A stretch of 64,000 nt of DNA from an uncultured Elusimicrobiaceae bacterium (lineage in GTDB: Bacteria > Elusimicrobiota > Endomicrobiia > Endomicrobiales > Endomicrobiaceae), in assembly GCA_964487915.1 (NCBI GenBank), contig CAZASN010000005.1:13065-77064 (forward strand). Direction: 5' to 3'. A model generated the notes under the pieces. The model ran no database searches, had not been told where the DNA came from, and worked only from the letters and a program-made list of their open reading frames with translations. The position numbers were made by a program, and so were the translations under genes. Positions 1 to 9,320 of the stretch are shown here, one piece after another (the stretch's first letter is position 1; every line of letters begins with the position of its first letter).

Positions 1-669
1 CTGCAATATGGTCTGTGGATGAAAAGACCGGGAAAAGAAGAAATTATTAAAATAAATGATAAAAAATTCAAGAAACCTGATATTGCACGTATTTCTTTTA
101 CAGAATTAAAACTTTCCATTACAGAAGATCATTCTCATTTATATGGTAAATTGGGAATAGGCGTAAAAAGATATTTTCTTTTTAACAGATTAGGAAGTCC
201 TATTCATTATTGTCAAGCAGATACACATAATTTGTTTTTTGCACCGTATTCAAACTTTTTAGAAAATACACCGGAAATTTTATCTTTTTTTAAACATATG
301 TGTTCTAAGTATAAAAAACGTCCACTGCAATATGATTTATATAATGAATCTGAATGGAGAATTATTTTTTCTGAAAATATAAGAAAACATTTGTTGCAAA
401 CCGACAAAAAAAAAGCAGCTAAATTGTTTGTTAATCCTAAAACAATAAACTATTTCAATTCCATAGAAAATAAACCAGAATATTTACTGCCATTAGATTC
501 ATGGCTGGGACTTATTATTTATCCGAATCTAGAAGTTAAGAAAAGAGCTATAAAAGATGTTGGAATTAGAAAATTACTAAAAAGAATATCTGCTAGAGGA
601 CGACGAAATTCTCCAGAAAAAAATTGTATGCCAATAGAATTAGATTTAGGGGCATGCAAACAATTTTAA
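1..669 (+). CDS. AbiGi-like abortive-infection family protein, probably 5'-truncated by the window edge
   Basis: Frame 1 is open from base 1 (LQYGLW precedes the first Met at 19). Stop at 667-669. Motifs ISFTE..HSHLYGKLGIGV..SPIHYC and NESEWRI resemble, from memory, the AbiGi (PF10899-type) family. Not verified by HMM. Confidence 0.4.
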   Translation: MQYGLWMKRPGKEEIIKINDKKFKKPDIARISFTELKLSITEDHSHLYGKLGIGVKRYFLFNRLGSPIHYCQADTHNLFFAPYSNFLENTPEILSFFKHMCSKYKKRPLQYDLYNESEWRIIFSENIRKHLLQTDKKKAAKLFVNPKTINYFNSIENKPEYLLPLDSWLGLIIYPNLEVKKRAIKDVGIRKLLKRISARGRRNSPEKNCMPIELDLGACKQF

Positions 670-678
670 AAGGCTATA

Positions 679-858
679 TTATCTATTCTGAATAGCACCC
701 ATCGGGCAGAATTTGATGCACTTTTCGCATTTAATACATTTATCTTGGTCTATTTGAGGAAGTTCATAGTTATTCTGTGATATTGCTTTTACAGGGCAAA
801 CTTTTATTGCCGGACATCTGTGGTTTTGAGGACATAAATGTTTATCTACGGTTATCAT
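679..858 (-). CDS. small 4Fe-4S ferredoxin-domain protein (59 aa, below the ORF-track cutoff)
   Basis: ATG at 858-856 preceded by GGAGAC (871-866), TAA at 681-679. Translation MITVDKHLCPQNHRCPAIKVCPVKAISQNNYELPQIDQDKCIKCEKCIKFCPMGAIQNR has one canonical CxxCxxCxxxCP motif plus a second Cys/Pro set. Confidence 0.6.
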   Translation of the reverse strand: MITVDKHLCPQNHRCPAIKVCPVKAISQNNYELPQIDQDKCIKCEKCIKFCPMGAIQNR

Positions 859-927
859 AGTTTTGTCTCCTCTCAGTTTTAAATAATTTGTCTAGGTTCC
901 GATAGCAAAATTTTATATAATTTTTAA

Positions 928-2130
928 ATGAATTACTATTTGATTATCATATGTTTGGCTCTTTTTGTAATATTGTCTTACGTGTATACAATTATTGCCG
1001 CACGTCATAAAATACCTTCTGTTTTACTTTTAATTCTTACCGGCATAATTACAAAGGCGTCTCTTGAGTTTTTGGGGATTTCATTCACTCCTTCACAGAT
1101 GTATCTTAATCTTTTCGGCACTATAGGTCTTATTCTTATAGTTCTTGAAGGAAGCGTTGATTTGTCTTTGGACAGAGAAAGTTTACCTATTATAGTGCGC
1201 TCTTTTTTAGTTGCAACAGTACTTTTGCTGTTTTCAAGTTTTTCAATTACTTTTCTAATTTCATATTTTCTTAAAGTAAGTTTTATAAATGCGTTTCTGT
1301 ATTCTATTCCGTTATCCATTATAAGCAGCGCGATAGTTATTCCCGGAGTGGAAGGACTTGATAAAAACAAGAAAGACTTTATGGTTTGCGAGTCTATTTT
1401 TTCAGATATTCTTGGGATTATACTTTTTAATATCGCCGTTATGAGCGCAGGCAATAGTTCGGGTTTGGCGGGGCATATTGTATTGAGCAGTATTTTTACC
1501 GTAATAATTTCATTCTTAATATCATTTCTGCTTGTATATGCGTTGGTTAAAATAAAATCAGGCGTTAAATTGTTTCCGATAATAGCTATTTTAATTCTCG
1601 TTTATTCTATCGGAAAAATTATGCATCTTTCAACTCTGATTATCATATTTGTTTTCGGTTTAACTCTTAGAAATATATTCAATTTTATGAAAGACGAATG
1701 GCAACAGAAAATCAACATTTCGTCCGAAGATTACGGTAAAGTATTCAGCGAGTTCAAACTTTTAATACGTGAATCTTCGTTTGTCATAAGAACTTTTTTC
1801 TTTATTATTTTCGGATATACGCTTATGATTGAAAATCTTTTGAATACAACGGTGTTGTTTATAGGAACGGCGATTATATTTATCACTTATGCTTTGCGAT
1901 ATTTTAACTTAAGATTTATTTCCCGCCAAAATTTAATGCCGGAACTGCTTATTGCTCCGCGCGGGCTTATTACTATTCTTCTTTATTACAGCATACCCGA
2001 ATCAAATAAAATAGGTTATTACGGAGAGGGAATAATAGTTTTTACGGTTATAACTACAGGCCTTTTAATGATGTTCGGGCTTATTGTAAATAAAGACAAA
2101 AAAATTGAAATTATTGAAACAACATACTAA
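928..2130 (+). CDS. cation:proton antiporter (Na+/H+ exchanger, CPA family) membrane protein
   Basis: 400 aa and polytopic. N-terminal pattern ARHKIPSVLLLILTGII..LFGTIGLILIVLEGSVDLSL is typical of the Na_H_exchanger family. Confidence 0.65.
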   Translation: MNYYLIIICLALFVILSYVYTIIAARHKIPSVLLLILTGIITKASLEFLGISFTPSQMYLNLFGTIGLILIVLEGSVDLSLDRESLPIIVRSFLVATVLLLFSSFSITFLISYFLKVSFINAFLYSIPLSIISSAIVIPGVEGLDKNKKDFMVCESIFSDILGIILFNIAVMSAGNSSGLAGHIVLSSIFTVIISFLISFLLVYALVKIKSGVKLFPIIAILILVYSIGKIMHLSTLIIIFVFGLTLRNIFNFMKDEWQQKINISSEDYGKVFSEFKLLIRESSFVIRTFFFIIFGYTLMIENLLNTTVLFIGTAIIFITYALRYFNLRFISRQNLMPELLIAPRGLITILLYYSIPESNKIGYYGEGIIVFTVITTGLLMMFGLIVNKDKKIEIIETTY

Positions 2131-2250
2131 ACAATTCAGTATTTTTTTTGGAATGGTTGCCGTAAAATCAAAAAAAGTATATAATCTTGCGATAGAAAAA
2201 TCCTTCAATTAAGAAGTTTTGTCTATAAGGGAAAAATCCTAAAAAATATT

Positions 2251-3435
2251 ATGAAAAAACGAAATTCAGCCTCTTTTATTTTTATTATGCTTGGCATGCT
2301 GACGGCTTTTGGTCCTTTTGTTACGGATATGTATTTGCCGAGTCTTCCTTCTATGACCGGTTATTTTAAAACAAGCGTTTCAATGGTTCAGCTGGGGCTT
2401 ACGTTTTCAATGTTTGGAATGGCTTTCGGTCAATTGCTTTTCGGTCCGTTAAGCGATAAATATGGAAGAAGGCGTCCGTTATTAATAGCAATGATTCTTT
2501 TTTTAATTTCAACTTTTGCATGTATTTTCGCTCCTGATATACATATTTTTGTAGCTTTAAGGCTTATTCAGGGCATCGGCGCGGCCGGAGGAATAGTAAT
2601 AGCCCGTTCCGTTGCGGCCGATAAATTTAAAGGCAGAAATCTTACGAAAGCTTTTGCGGTAGTAGGCGCTATAAACGGAATGGCTCCCGTAATTGCTCCT
2701 ATTACTGGAGGACTTATTCTCGGATTTATCGGGTGGAAAGGAATATTTGCAATATTGTTTATCTGGGGAATAGTACTTACCGCAGTTACGTCAAAATTTA
2801 AAGAATCACTGTCAAAAGCCAGAAGATCAAAAGAAAAACTTTCAAAAACGATTAGAATGTTTAAGAATGTTTTAAAAAACAAAGAATTTGTTTTTTATAC
2901 TTTGCAGATGTTTTTTACGATGGGTATTTTGTTTTCTTATATATCCGCTTCGCCTTTTATTATACAGGAACATTATAAGTTCAGCCCTATCGCATTCAGT
3001 TTGTTTTTTGCCGCAAACGCCGCGGCCATCGGAACCGGAGCCGCCATATCTTCAAGATTTAAAAATTATGAAAAGAGTTTAAAAACAGGCAGTACGGGAA
3101 TGATAATATGCAGTATTTTGCTTTTATGCGTTCTGGCAATTAACGGCTCAATAGTTTTTTTTGAAGGTTTGTTATTTGTTTTATGTTTTATGATGGGGCT
3201 TACATTTCCGGTTACTATTTCATTTGCTCTTAACAGCGCAAGAAAACAGTCCGGAACCGCTTCCGCAATACTCGGAGCGTCGGGATTTTTGGCGGGAAGC
3301 ATAGTTTCACCTATAGTAGGGCTTGGAAATATTTTGATTTCTACCGGTATTGCATTTACGGCAAGTTCTGTTTTTGCCGGATTAAGCGCTTATTTAGCTT
3401 CAAGTCAAAGAAAAGAACATAAAACATTGTCATAG
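2251..3435 (+). CDS. MFS efflux transporter, Bcr/CflA subfamily
   Basis: 394 aa, 12-TM-like. Signature GPFVTDMYLPSLPSM and GPLSDKYGRRRPLL (MFS motif A) are typical of Bcr/CflA drug resistance transporters. Confidence 0.85.
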   Translation: MKKRNSASFIFIMLGMLTAFGPFVTDMYLPSLPSMTGYFKTSVSMVQLGLTFSMFGMAFGQLLFGPLSDKYGRRRPLLIAMILFLISTFACIFAPDIHIFVALRLIQGIGAAGGIVIARSVAADKFKGRNLTKAFAVVGAINGMAPVIAPITGGLILGFIGWKGIFAILFIWGIVLTAVTSKFKESLSKARRSKEKLSKTIRMFKNVLKNKEFVFYTLQMFFTMGILFSYISASPFIIQEHYKFSPIAFSLFFAANAAAIGTGAAISSRFKNYEKSLKTGSTGMIICSILLLCVLAINGSIVFFEGLLFVLCFMMGLTFPVTISFALNSARKQSGTASAILGASGFLAGSIVSPIVGLGNILISTGIAFTASSVFAGLSAYLASSQRKEHKTLS

Positions 3436-3483
3436 TTTTGAATTTAAAATAGAATTTTAAAATTAATTATTTAAGAGGAAACA

Positions 3484-4128
3484 ATGATACAAACATTTTT
3501 TGATTTGCTTTTTCATTTTGAACAGTATTTGAATTTTATTGTTCAAAATTTCGGGTTATGGACGTATCTGATTATTTTTTTAGTTATATTCATTGAAACA
3601 GGACTTGTGGTTATGCCTTTTCTTCCGGGTGATTCTTTGTTATTTGCGCTGGGAGCTCTTGCCGCCGGAGAGATTCTTCATATATGGAGCCTTCTAATTT
3701 TATTATCGGCGGCAGCCGTAATAGGAGACAGCGTAAATTATTTAATCGGCAAATATTTCAGCCATAAAATTTTGGGAAGCAAAACGCTCGGACGGTTTGT
3801 TAAGAAGGAATATCTTGAAAAAACTCATAATTTTTATGAAAAATACGGCGGAAAGACAATCATTATCGCAAGATTTGTTCCTATTATAAGAACATTTGCT
3901 CCTTTTGTTGCCGGCATCGGCAGCATGAATTATTCTAAATTTATCGCATATAACATTTTAGGCGGTATTTTATGGGTGGCAACGATGGTGTCTGCCGGTT
4001 ATTTGTTCGGTAACATTCCTTTTATAAAAAATAATTTTACTATTGTCGTTCTTGCGATTATTTTTATATCTATACTTCCCGGAATTATAGCTTTTATAAA
4101 ATTTAAATTTAAAAAATACAAAAAATAA
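3484..4128 (+). CDS. DedA family inner-membrane protein
   Basis: 214 aa. FIETGLVVMPFLPGDSLLFALGALAA and ARFVPIIRTFAPFVAG are hallmark DedA/SNARE-associated motifs. AGAGGA ribosome-binding site (RBS) before the ATG. Confidence 0.85.
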   Translation: MIQTFFDLLFHFEQYLNFIVQNFGLWTYLIIFLVIFIETGLVVMPFLPGDSLLFALGALAAGEILHIWSLLILLSAAAVIGDSVNYLIGKYFSHKILGSKTLGRFVKKEYLEKTHNFYEKYGGKTIIIARFVPIIRTFAPFVAGIGSMNYSKFIAYNILGGILWVATMVSAGYLFGNIPFIKNNFTIVVLAIIFISILPGIIAFIKFKFKKYKK

Positions 4129-4158
4129 ATCCGGCGGCTAATAAAAATTATATCAGCT

Positions 4159-5199
4159 TTAATTGTTTTTGTCTGCGGACGTAATATGTCTGTATAACAT
4201 ATCTGCCGTTGCTTTATGAACTTTTGCATTTGGATGTCCGCCGTCAAAAGCTTTATATTTATTGAAAAAATCAGGTATTAAAATATAATCTACGTCGCAT
4301 TCTTTTATGTTTCCTGGGAAAATAATTACCGTAAGTTTTGAATTGTATTTTTCTGTTATGATTTTTTTCATTTCTTTTATGCTTTCTGATAAATAATTTT
4401 TATAAAAAGCTTCATTATGTTTATTGATTAAATTTTCAAATATATTTCTGAATATATAACTTTTTGTAAAAAACAGTTTAACCTTTAAAAAAGGACAATC
4501 TGCAATTTTCCAATTTCCGTTTTTATATATCCAGATGTCATTGGCGTAATGTGTAAACAGTCTGAAATTTCTGTATATATGGTCGTCAATAAGAAGATAA
4601 AAAAAATGCTTAATTTGAGTGTCAGGCATGATTTTTTCTATTATATTTGAATTTAAAATATTTAACGCGGTATTAGACCCTCTGGAACAAACGCCGCAGT
4701 TTAACACTTTTTTTTCAAAGTTCATTAGTTTTGAAAAATAATAGGGCAGAGTTTCATTATGATTGACAGCATCTCCGTAAGTATAAGAACATCCTAAAAA
4801 AACATAACCTTCTTTTGAATTATCAGAACCTGTTGTATATCTAAATCCGTTCTTATAAAATCTATCTTCGTTATCCAGATTAATGTTGGTATACGGTATC
4901 GTTAAATACGCTTTTTCTTCATCGGAAACAAGATATAGATTTTTCTCATTTATTATATTTTTACTGTATGGCAAGGTGTCTAAGGCAATTTTTTTATCAG
5001 GATTTAAACTTATATACAATACAAATTCATATACGGACAAAGTCAAAAATATTGAAAAAAATACAATGAACAGCAGTTTAAAATATTTGGTTTTTATAAA
5101 TGCCGCGCAAATTAAAAATATTAAACTGCAAGATAAAAAAATAAACGCAAATTCGCAGTTAACAATAAATTGATACGTTATTTTTAATAAATTAAGCAT
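4159..5199 (-). CDS. membrane-anchored SGNH/GDSL-like hydrolase or acyltransferase-like protein (paralog A)
   Basis: 346 aa with two N-terminal hydrophobic segments. GCSYTYG (block I-like, Ser), LNCGVCSRGSNTALN (block II-like Gly/Asn), C-terminal DGGHPN (DxxH-like). Clear paralog of 10675..11709. Confidence 0.55.
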   Translation of the reverse strand: MLNLLKITYQFIVNCEFAFIFLSCSLIFLICAAFIKTKYFKLLFIVFFSIFLTLSVYEFVLYISLNPDKKIALDTLPYSKNIINEKNLYLVSDEEKAYLTIPYTNINLDNEDRFYKNGFRYTTGSDNSKEGYVFLGCSYTYGDAVNHNETLPYYFSKLMNFEKKVLNCGVCSRGSNTALNILNSNIIEKIMPDTQIKHFFYLLIDDHIYRNFRLFTHYANDIWIYKNGNWKIADCPFLKVKLFFTKSYIFRNIFENLINKHNEAFYKNYLSESIKEMKKIITEKYNSKLTVIIFPGNIKECDVDYILIPDFFNKYKAFDGGHPNAKVHKATADMLYRHITSADKNN

Positions 5200-5341
5200 A
5201 AATTTTAATCTATAATAACAAATATTTATCTAAAAATGTTAAATTGTGTTTACAAAGCAGACATTGACATTTTAATTAGAAAGATGCAGAATACGCATTA
5301 ATGAACGTTAGAAGTACAAAATTATGTAAGGAGAAGAGGAA

Positions 5342-5719
5342 ATGAAGAAAGGTTTATGTTTAGGTTTGTTTGCAGTTATTGTTTGCGCTATGGCAGTTTA
5401 TGCTGAAGGACAGGGATTAGGCGAAAAAGCAAATACCGTAGCCGGTAATGTGCAGAAATCTGCTGATAATACGAGCGCGGCAGTTGTAGCAACTTCAACA
5501 GGTGTTGCACAAAAGGCAGAAATGCAGATAAAAAATGCAGAAAAAAAAGCTGAAAAAGCTGAAAAGAAAGCCGCCAAAAAAGTAAAAAAAGCTGAAAAGA
5601 AAGCCGAGAAAAAAGCAGAAAAGATAGCTGACGTCAAGAAAGACGTTGCAGCTTCAACAACGACTGTTGTAGAAACAGTTGCTGTAGCTGCGTCAACAAG
5701 CGCTGCGGTAGTTAAATAG
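5342..5719 (+). CDS. secreted Lys/Ala/Glu-rich low-complexity protein
   Basis: GGAGAAGAGG RBS. Signal peptide MKKGLCLGLFAVIVCAMAVYA/EG. Core KKAEKAEKKAAKKVKKAEKKAEKKAEK flanked by A/S/T/V-rich segments. Followed by a strong terminator. Confidence 0.6.
   Translation: MKKGLCLGLFAVIVCAMAVYAEGQGLGEKANTVAGNVQKSADNTSAAVVATSTGVAQKAEMQIKNAEKKAEKAEKKAAKKVKKAEKKAEKKAEKIADVKKDVAASTTTVVETVAVAASTSAAVVK
5532..5625 (+). repeat. in-frame imperfect tandem repeats encoding (K/A/E)n; exact 19-nt direct repeat at 5555-5573 and 5588-5606
   Basis: aaagctgaaaagaaagccg occurs twice, 33 nt (11 codons) apart, inside the CDS 5342..5719. Confidence 0.8.
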
Positions 5720-5740
5720 CAGTTATTGTATAAATTTAAA

Positions 5741-5779
5741 ACTCTGCTTTATTAAATATGATAAAGCAGAGTTTTTTTA
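5741..5779 (+). terminator. rho-independent terminator
   Basis: Perfect 12-bp stem actctgctttat (5741-5752) / ataaagcagagt (5761-5772) followed by a T-run. Confidence 0.85.
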
Positions 5780-5858
5780 TTTATACGCTTTATTATGATG
5801 AAATAAAATGCTAAAATCAAAACGGTAAGTAAATAAATTATTTGCAGCCGGAGTTGTA

Positions 5859-6371
5859 ATGTTTGCTTTAAAAATATTAAAGAAAATAATCAATTTGTTG
5901 CAATCGGATATTTCTCCCGACCAGATAGCATGGGGATTTGCGTTGGGAGCTATTTTAGGACTTGTTCCGGGTATATTTATGAAAAGTTTACTCTTTATCA
6001 TTATTATGATATTCAGAGTAAATTTAAGTTCGGCTTTTCTGGCGGCTGCATTATTCGCAATTATCGGGTTGGCTATAGATCCGCTGCTTGATAAAATCGG
6101 GTATGTCGTTTTGGTAAATTTTGATTTCTTAAATTCATTCTATACATGGTTATATAATCTTCCGATAGTTCCTTTTACAAAATTCAACAACACCGTAGTA
6201 ATAGGCAGCCTGATAACCGGCATTATTTTAATAATACCGAACGGAATTATCGCAAAAAAAATGCTGGTATATTACAGACAAAATTACAAAGATAAAGTCG
6301 CAAATCTAAAAATAATAAAATTTATTGACGCAATAATGGGTATAACGACTGTTATAAATAAAACAAAATGA
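5859..6371 (+). CDS. DUF2062-like small membrane protein (recalled as TIGR03546 family)
   Basis: 170 aa. GGAG RBS. IAWGFALGAILGLVPG motif and 3-4 TM segments. Stop overlaps the next start (ATGA at 6368-6371). Confidence 0.55.
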   Translation: MFALKILKKIINLLQSDISPDQIAWGFALGAILGLVPGIFMKSLLFIIIMIFRVNLSSAFLAAALFAIIGLAIDPLLDKIGYVVLVNFDFLNSFYTWLYNLPIVPFTKFNNTVVIGSLITGIILIIPNGIIAKKMLVYYRQNYKDKVANLKIIKFIDAIMGITTVINKTK

Positions 6372-8185
6372 AATTTATAAGATTGAATTTTATCATTCCT
6401 GCGGTAATTGTAATAGCGCTTATAACGGCTTTTAATATTTTGTTTTTTGACATTCTTTTAAAAAAAGCTTTTATTGCGACGGGGGAAATGATTTTCGGCG
6501 CTAAAGTTGAAGTTGACAGTCTTAAAACAAGTTTTATTCATTTATCGCTTGAAATGACGGGTTTAAAATGCGCGGACAGGAATGATTATTTTAAAAATGT
6601 TATAGATATAGACCAAATAAAATTTCAGGCAAAATTTTCTCCGCTGCTTAGAAAAAAAATAGTAATAGACGAAATGTCTGTCACCGGATTAAAATGGGGG
6701 ACTGAAAGAAAAACTTCCGGTAAACTTCCGCCTAAAAAAGAAAAGAAATTTGAAAAAAAGAAAAAGAAAGACGGAATGTTTTCCAAATTTTTTGAAGGCG
6801 CAAAAAATAAGGCGACATCCGAGTTCAATAACCTGCCTGCTGTTGACGCATTTGCAAAAATAGAAGCCCAAACTAAAAATTTTGACGTAAACAGCCTGAT
6901 AAATGCGGCAGATTTGCAGTCATTAAACGAAATAAATAAACTTTCAGCCGAAACTGAAGCGAAATACAATAACTATAAAACAAAAATATCTGGATATAAA
7001 ATAGAAGAAAAAATAGAAGAAACAAAGACTCTTATTAATGATATTTCAAAAACCAAATCATTCGCGTTAAGCGATATTTCAGCATCGGCCGGAAAAATAG
7101 AAAAACTTAAAGAAAACAAAAAAGAGCTTGAAAGCATATTAAAAGATTTGAATAACGCAAAAAAAGATTTGACGGAAAGCGTTAACTTTACAAAACAGAT
7201 TCAGGGAATGATAAATAAGGACATAGACAGTCTCTCTTCAAAAGTTGCTTTGCCCGGACTTGATACTAGAAATATTTCAAGAATATTATTCGGACAGCAG
7301 TGGATCAACAGAACGGATAAAATAATTTATTATATGTCTCTTGTCAAAAAATATATGCCTGAGAAAAAAGCCGAAAAAGAAGTAAAGGAAAGACAGAAAG
7401 GCAGAGATATTATTTTTAAACAGAAACAGTATCCGGATTTATTAATTTCAAAAATAAATATAACCGGCACGACCGCAAAAAATTCAAAAACTCAGGGAAT
7501 AAATTTCTCGGGTTTTATAAAAAATATTACTTCTTCGCCGGATATGATAGGCAGTCCTGTTACGCTTGAAATTAAAGGCAATGACGGCAGCCGGTCTCTT
7601 CTTGTTGAAGGAATTTTTGACTACAGGGGAAATGCTTCCGATAACATTCTTAAAATTACGCTGAAAGGATTATCAGGCTCCGCTTTGAATATCCCTGACA
7701 ACGATTATCTGCCTCTGATAAATACGGGGAATATGAATATGTACGGAATATTCAGTTTAAAAGATAATAAATTTTTATGTTCGGCTGATATAAAACTGGC
7801 TGATATAAAAGAGAAACAAATTCCTGGAAACGCTGCCATGAAATATATTGTGAAAATTACTAACTCAATAAAATCTTTTTCAGTTTCGGCAAAAGCCGGA
7901 GTTAACGATAAAAATGAATCCGAATTTAATATTTCGTCGGATATAGATAAAAAGATTTCCGAAGCCGTTTCAAGCCTTTTTGCTTCACAAATAGCGGAAG
8001 TTAAAGAAAAAGCGAGATCTGAAATTAATAAAATGATACAGGAAAAACAAAAGCAGCTTGAAGAAAAACTCGGAGCCGATAAAGATTCTCTTTTAAAGGA
8101 TATTAATCTAAAAACAAAAACAATATCCGATATAACGGAATCAGTAAATAAATCTGTTTCAAAACCGTTCGGAAAACTGTTTTAA
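6368..8185 (+). CDS. large N-terminally anchored envelope protein (recalled as TIGR03545 family; AsmA-like layout)
   Basis: 605 aa. One N-terminal TM helix, a K-rich linker (PPKKEKKFEKKKKKD), a central coiled-coil-like segment and beta-rich ends. Translationally coupled to 5859..6371. Confidence 0.5.
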   Translation: MKFIRLNFIIPAVIVIALITAFNILFFDILLKKAFIATGEMIFGAKVEVDSLKTSFIHLSLEMTGLKCADRNDYFKNVIDIDQIKFQAKFSPLLRKKIVIDEMSVTGLKWGTERKTSGKLPPKKEKKFEKKKKKDGMFSKFFEGAKNKATSEFNNLPAVDAFAKIEAQTKNFDVNSLINAADLQSLNEINKLSAETEAKYNNYKTKISGYKIEEKIEETKTLINDISKTKSFALSDISASAGKIEKLKENKKELESILKDLNNAKKDLTESVNFTKQIQGMINKDIDSLSSKVALPGLDTRNISRILFGQQWINRTDKIIYYMSLVKKYMPEKKAEKEVKERQKGRDIIFKQKQYPDLLISKINITGTTAKNSKTQGINFSGFIKNITSSPDMIGSPVTLEIKGNDGSRSLLVEGIFDYRGNASDNILKITLKGLSGSALNIPDNDYLPLINTGNMNMYGIFSLKDNKFLCSADIKLADIKEKQIPGNAAMKYIVKITNSIKSFSVSAKAGVNDKNESEFNISSDIDKKISEAVSSLFASQIAEVKEKARSEINKMIQEKQKQLEEKLGADKDSLLKDINLKTKTISDITESVNKSVSKPFGKLF

Positions 8186-8239
8186 GTCTGCAGTATATCC
8201 TCGTAAAACCGGAATAAAACTGTAAACAAATAAATTAAA

Positions 8240-8626
8240 ATGAAAATAATAAAACCGATAATTTCATTAGCTTTTATAATAGGACTTAATTATATGTGCC
8301 AGTGGTTTGTCAAAGCCGCGCACGTCAATTTTCCGGCGCCTCTGATAGCCATGATATTATTAAGCGTCCTTATGTATTTTAAAATAATTCCGCTTGAATT
8401 CATTGAAAACGGGGCGAATATTTTGCTTGAAAATATAGGTCTGTTTTTTGTTTCGCTTATCGTAGGAGCTTTTGTGTATCTGCCTGTTATAAAAAAAGAG
8501 CTTTTTACGGTTTTTGCGATATTTATATTCTCATCGGTTTTTTTGATTATACTTACCGGTCTTACTACTCAGTATTTTTTGTCAAAAAGAGTCTGTAAGG
8601 ATAAAATGGAGCAGGATAATGACTGA
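8240..8626 (+). CDS. lrgA: CidA/LrgA family holin-like protein
   Basis: 128 aa, 4 TM. Directly precedes and overlaps an LrgB-like gene, which is the typical pair. Confidence 0.8.
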   Translation: MKIIKPIISLAFIIGLNYMCQWFVKAAHVNFPAPLIAMILLSVLMYFKIIPLEFIENGANILLENIGLFFVSLIVGAFVYLPVIKKELFTVFAIFIFSSVFLIILTGLTTQYFLSKRVCKDKMEQDND

Positions 8627-9308
8627 ATTGCCGGTAAAAATATTAATCATAGCCGTAACGCTTGTTATTTATAAAATAAGCCTTAAGTTTAAAAAAGTAA
8701 AATATATGAACACGATACCGGCTAATATTATATGCGCTTTAATGATTTATCTTTTAATATCGGTTTTTAATATTGATTTTGAAACTTATAATGAGGGCGG
8801 AAAATTCTTTACATTTTTACTCGGTCCGGCGGTTGTAACGTTATCAGTGCCTCTTATAAAAAACATAAAAGTTCTTGAAAAAAACTACAGAGTTATACTG
8901 TGGTCAGTATGCATAGCTACTTTTTTTGCGATACTTTCGGTTATAGCCGCAGGCTTTATTTTTAAGGCAAACAAGGAAATTATACTTTCAATGGCGGCAA
9001 AATGCGTTACTACGGCGGTTGCGATTGAAATAACAAACATAATAGGCGGTAAAGTTGAAATAATCGTTTTGATGACGGCTCTGTCCGGTATTTTCGGCGC
9101 GATTTTCGGACATTGGATATTGAAACTGTCCGGAATAAAAAATAATCTGGCAATAGGCGTGACTCTCGGTTTTGTAAGCCATGTTCTTGGAACGGCGAGA
9201 TGTTACGAGGTCAACAAGCTTCAGGCCGGAGTCAGCAGCGTTACGCTTGTCTTGTCGGGAGTTACGACTGCTCTTTTTGCTCCGCCTATAATAAGATTGA
9301 TATTTTAA
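8619..9308 (+). CDS. lrgB: LrgB/CidB family protein
   Basis: 229 aa, polytopic. LLGPAVVTLSVPL and GVTLGFVSHVLGTAR motifs are typical of LrgB. Confidence 0.85.
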   Translation: MTELPVKILIIAVTLVIYKISLKFKKVKYMNTIPANIICALMIYLLISVFNIDFETYNEGGKFFTFLLGPAVVTLSVPLIKNIKVLEKNYRVILWSVCIATFFAILSVIAAGFIFKANKEIILSMAAKCVTTAVAIEITNIIGGKVEIIVLMTALSGIFGAIFGHWILKLSGIKNNLAIGVTLGFVSHVLGTARCYEVNKLQAGVSSVTLVLSGVTTALFAPPIIRLIF

Positions 9309-9320
9309 AGGATTAAAAAA

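Noticed and set aside
1005-1454. 149-aa minus-strand ORF inside the antiporter gene. Many similar antisense or out-of-frame ORFs appear in the track (e.g. 2568-2882, 3066-3302, 6625-6969, 16977-17210, 25157-25522, 34006-34383, 43326-43577, 58100-58435, 61963-62340).
   Set aside because: Each lies wholly inside a longer ORF with strong family motifs, has no RBS, and has low-complexity or atypical composition. These are typical shadow ORFs of an AT-rich genome.
5532-5625. Short tandem repeats considered as a possible CRISPR-like or VNTR element.
   Set aside because: The repeats are in frame inside a CDS, are imperfect, and encode a K/A/E low-complexity segment. There is no spacer/repeat architecture.
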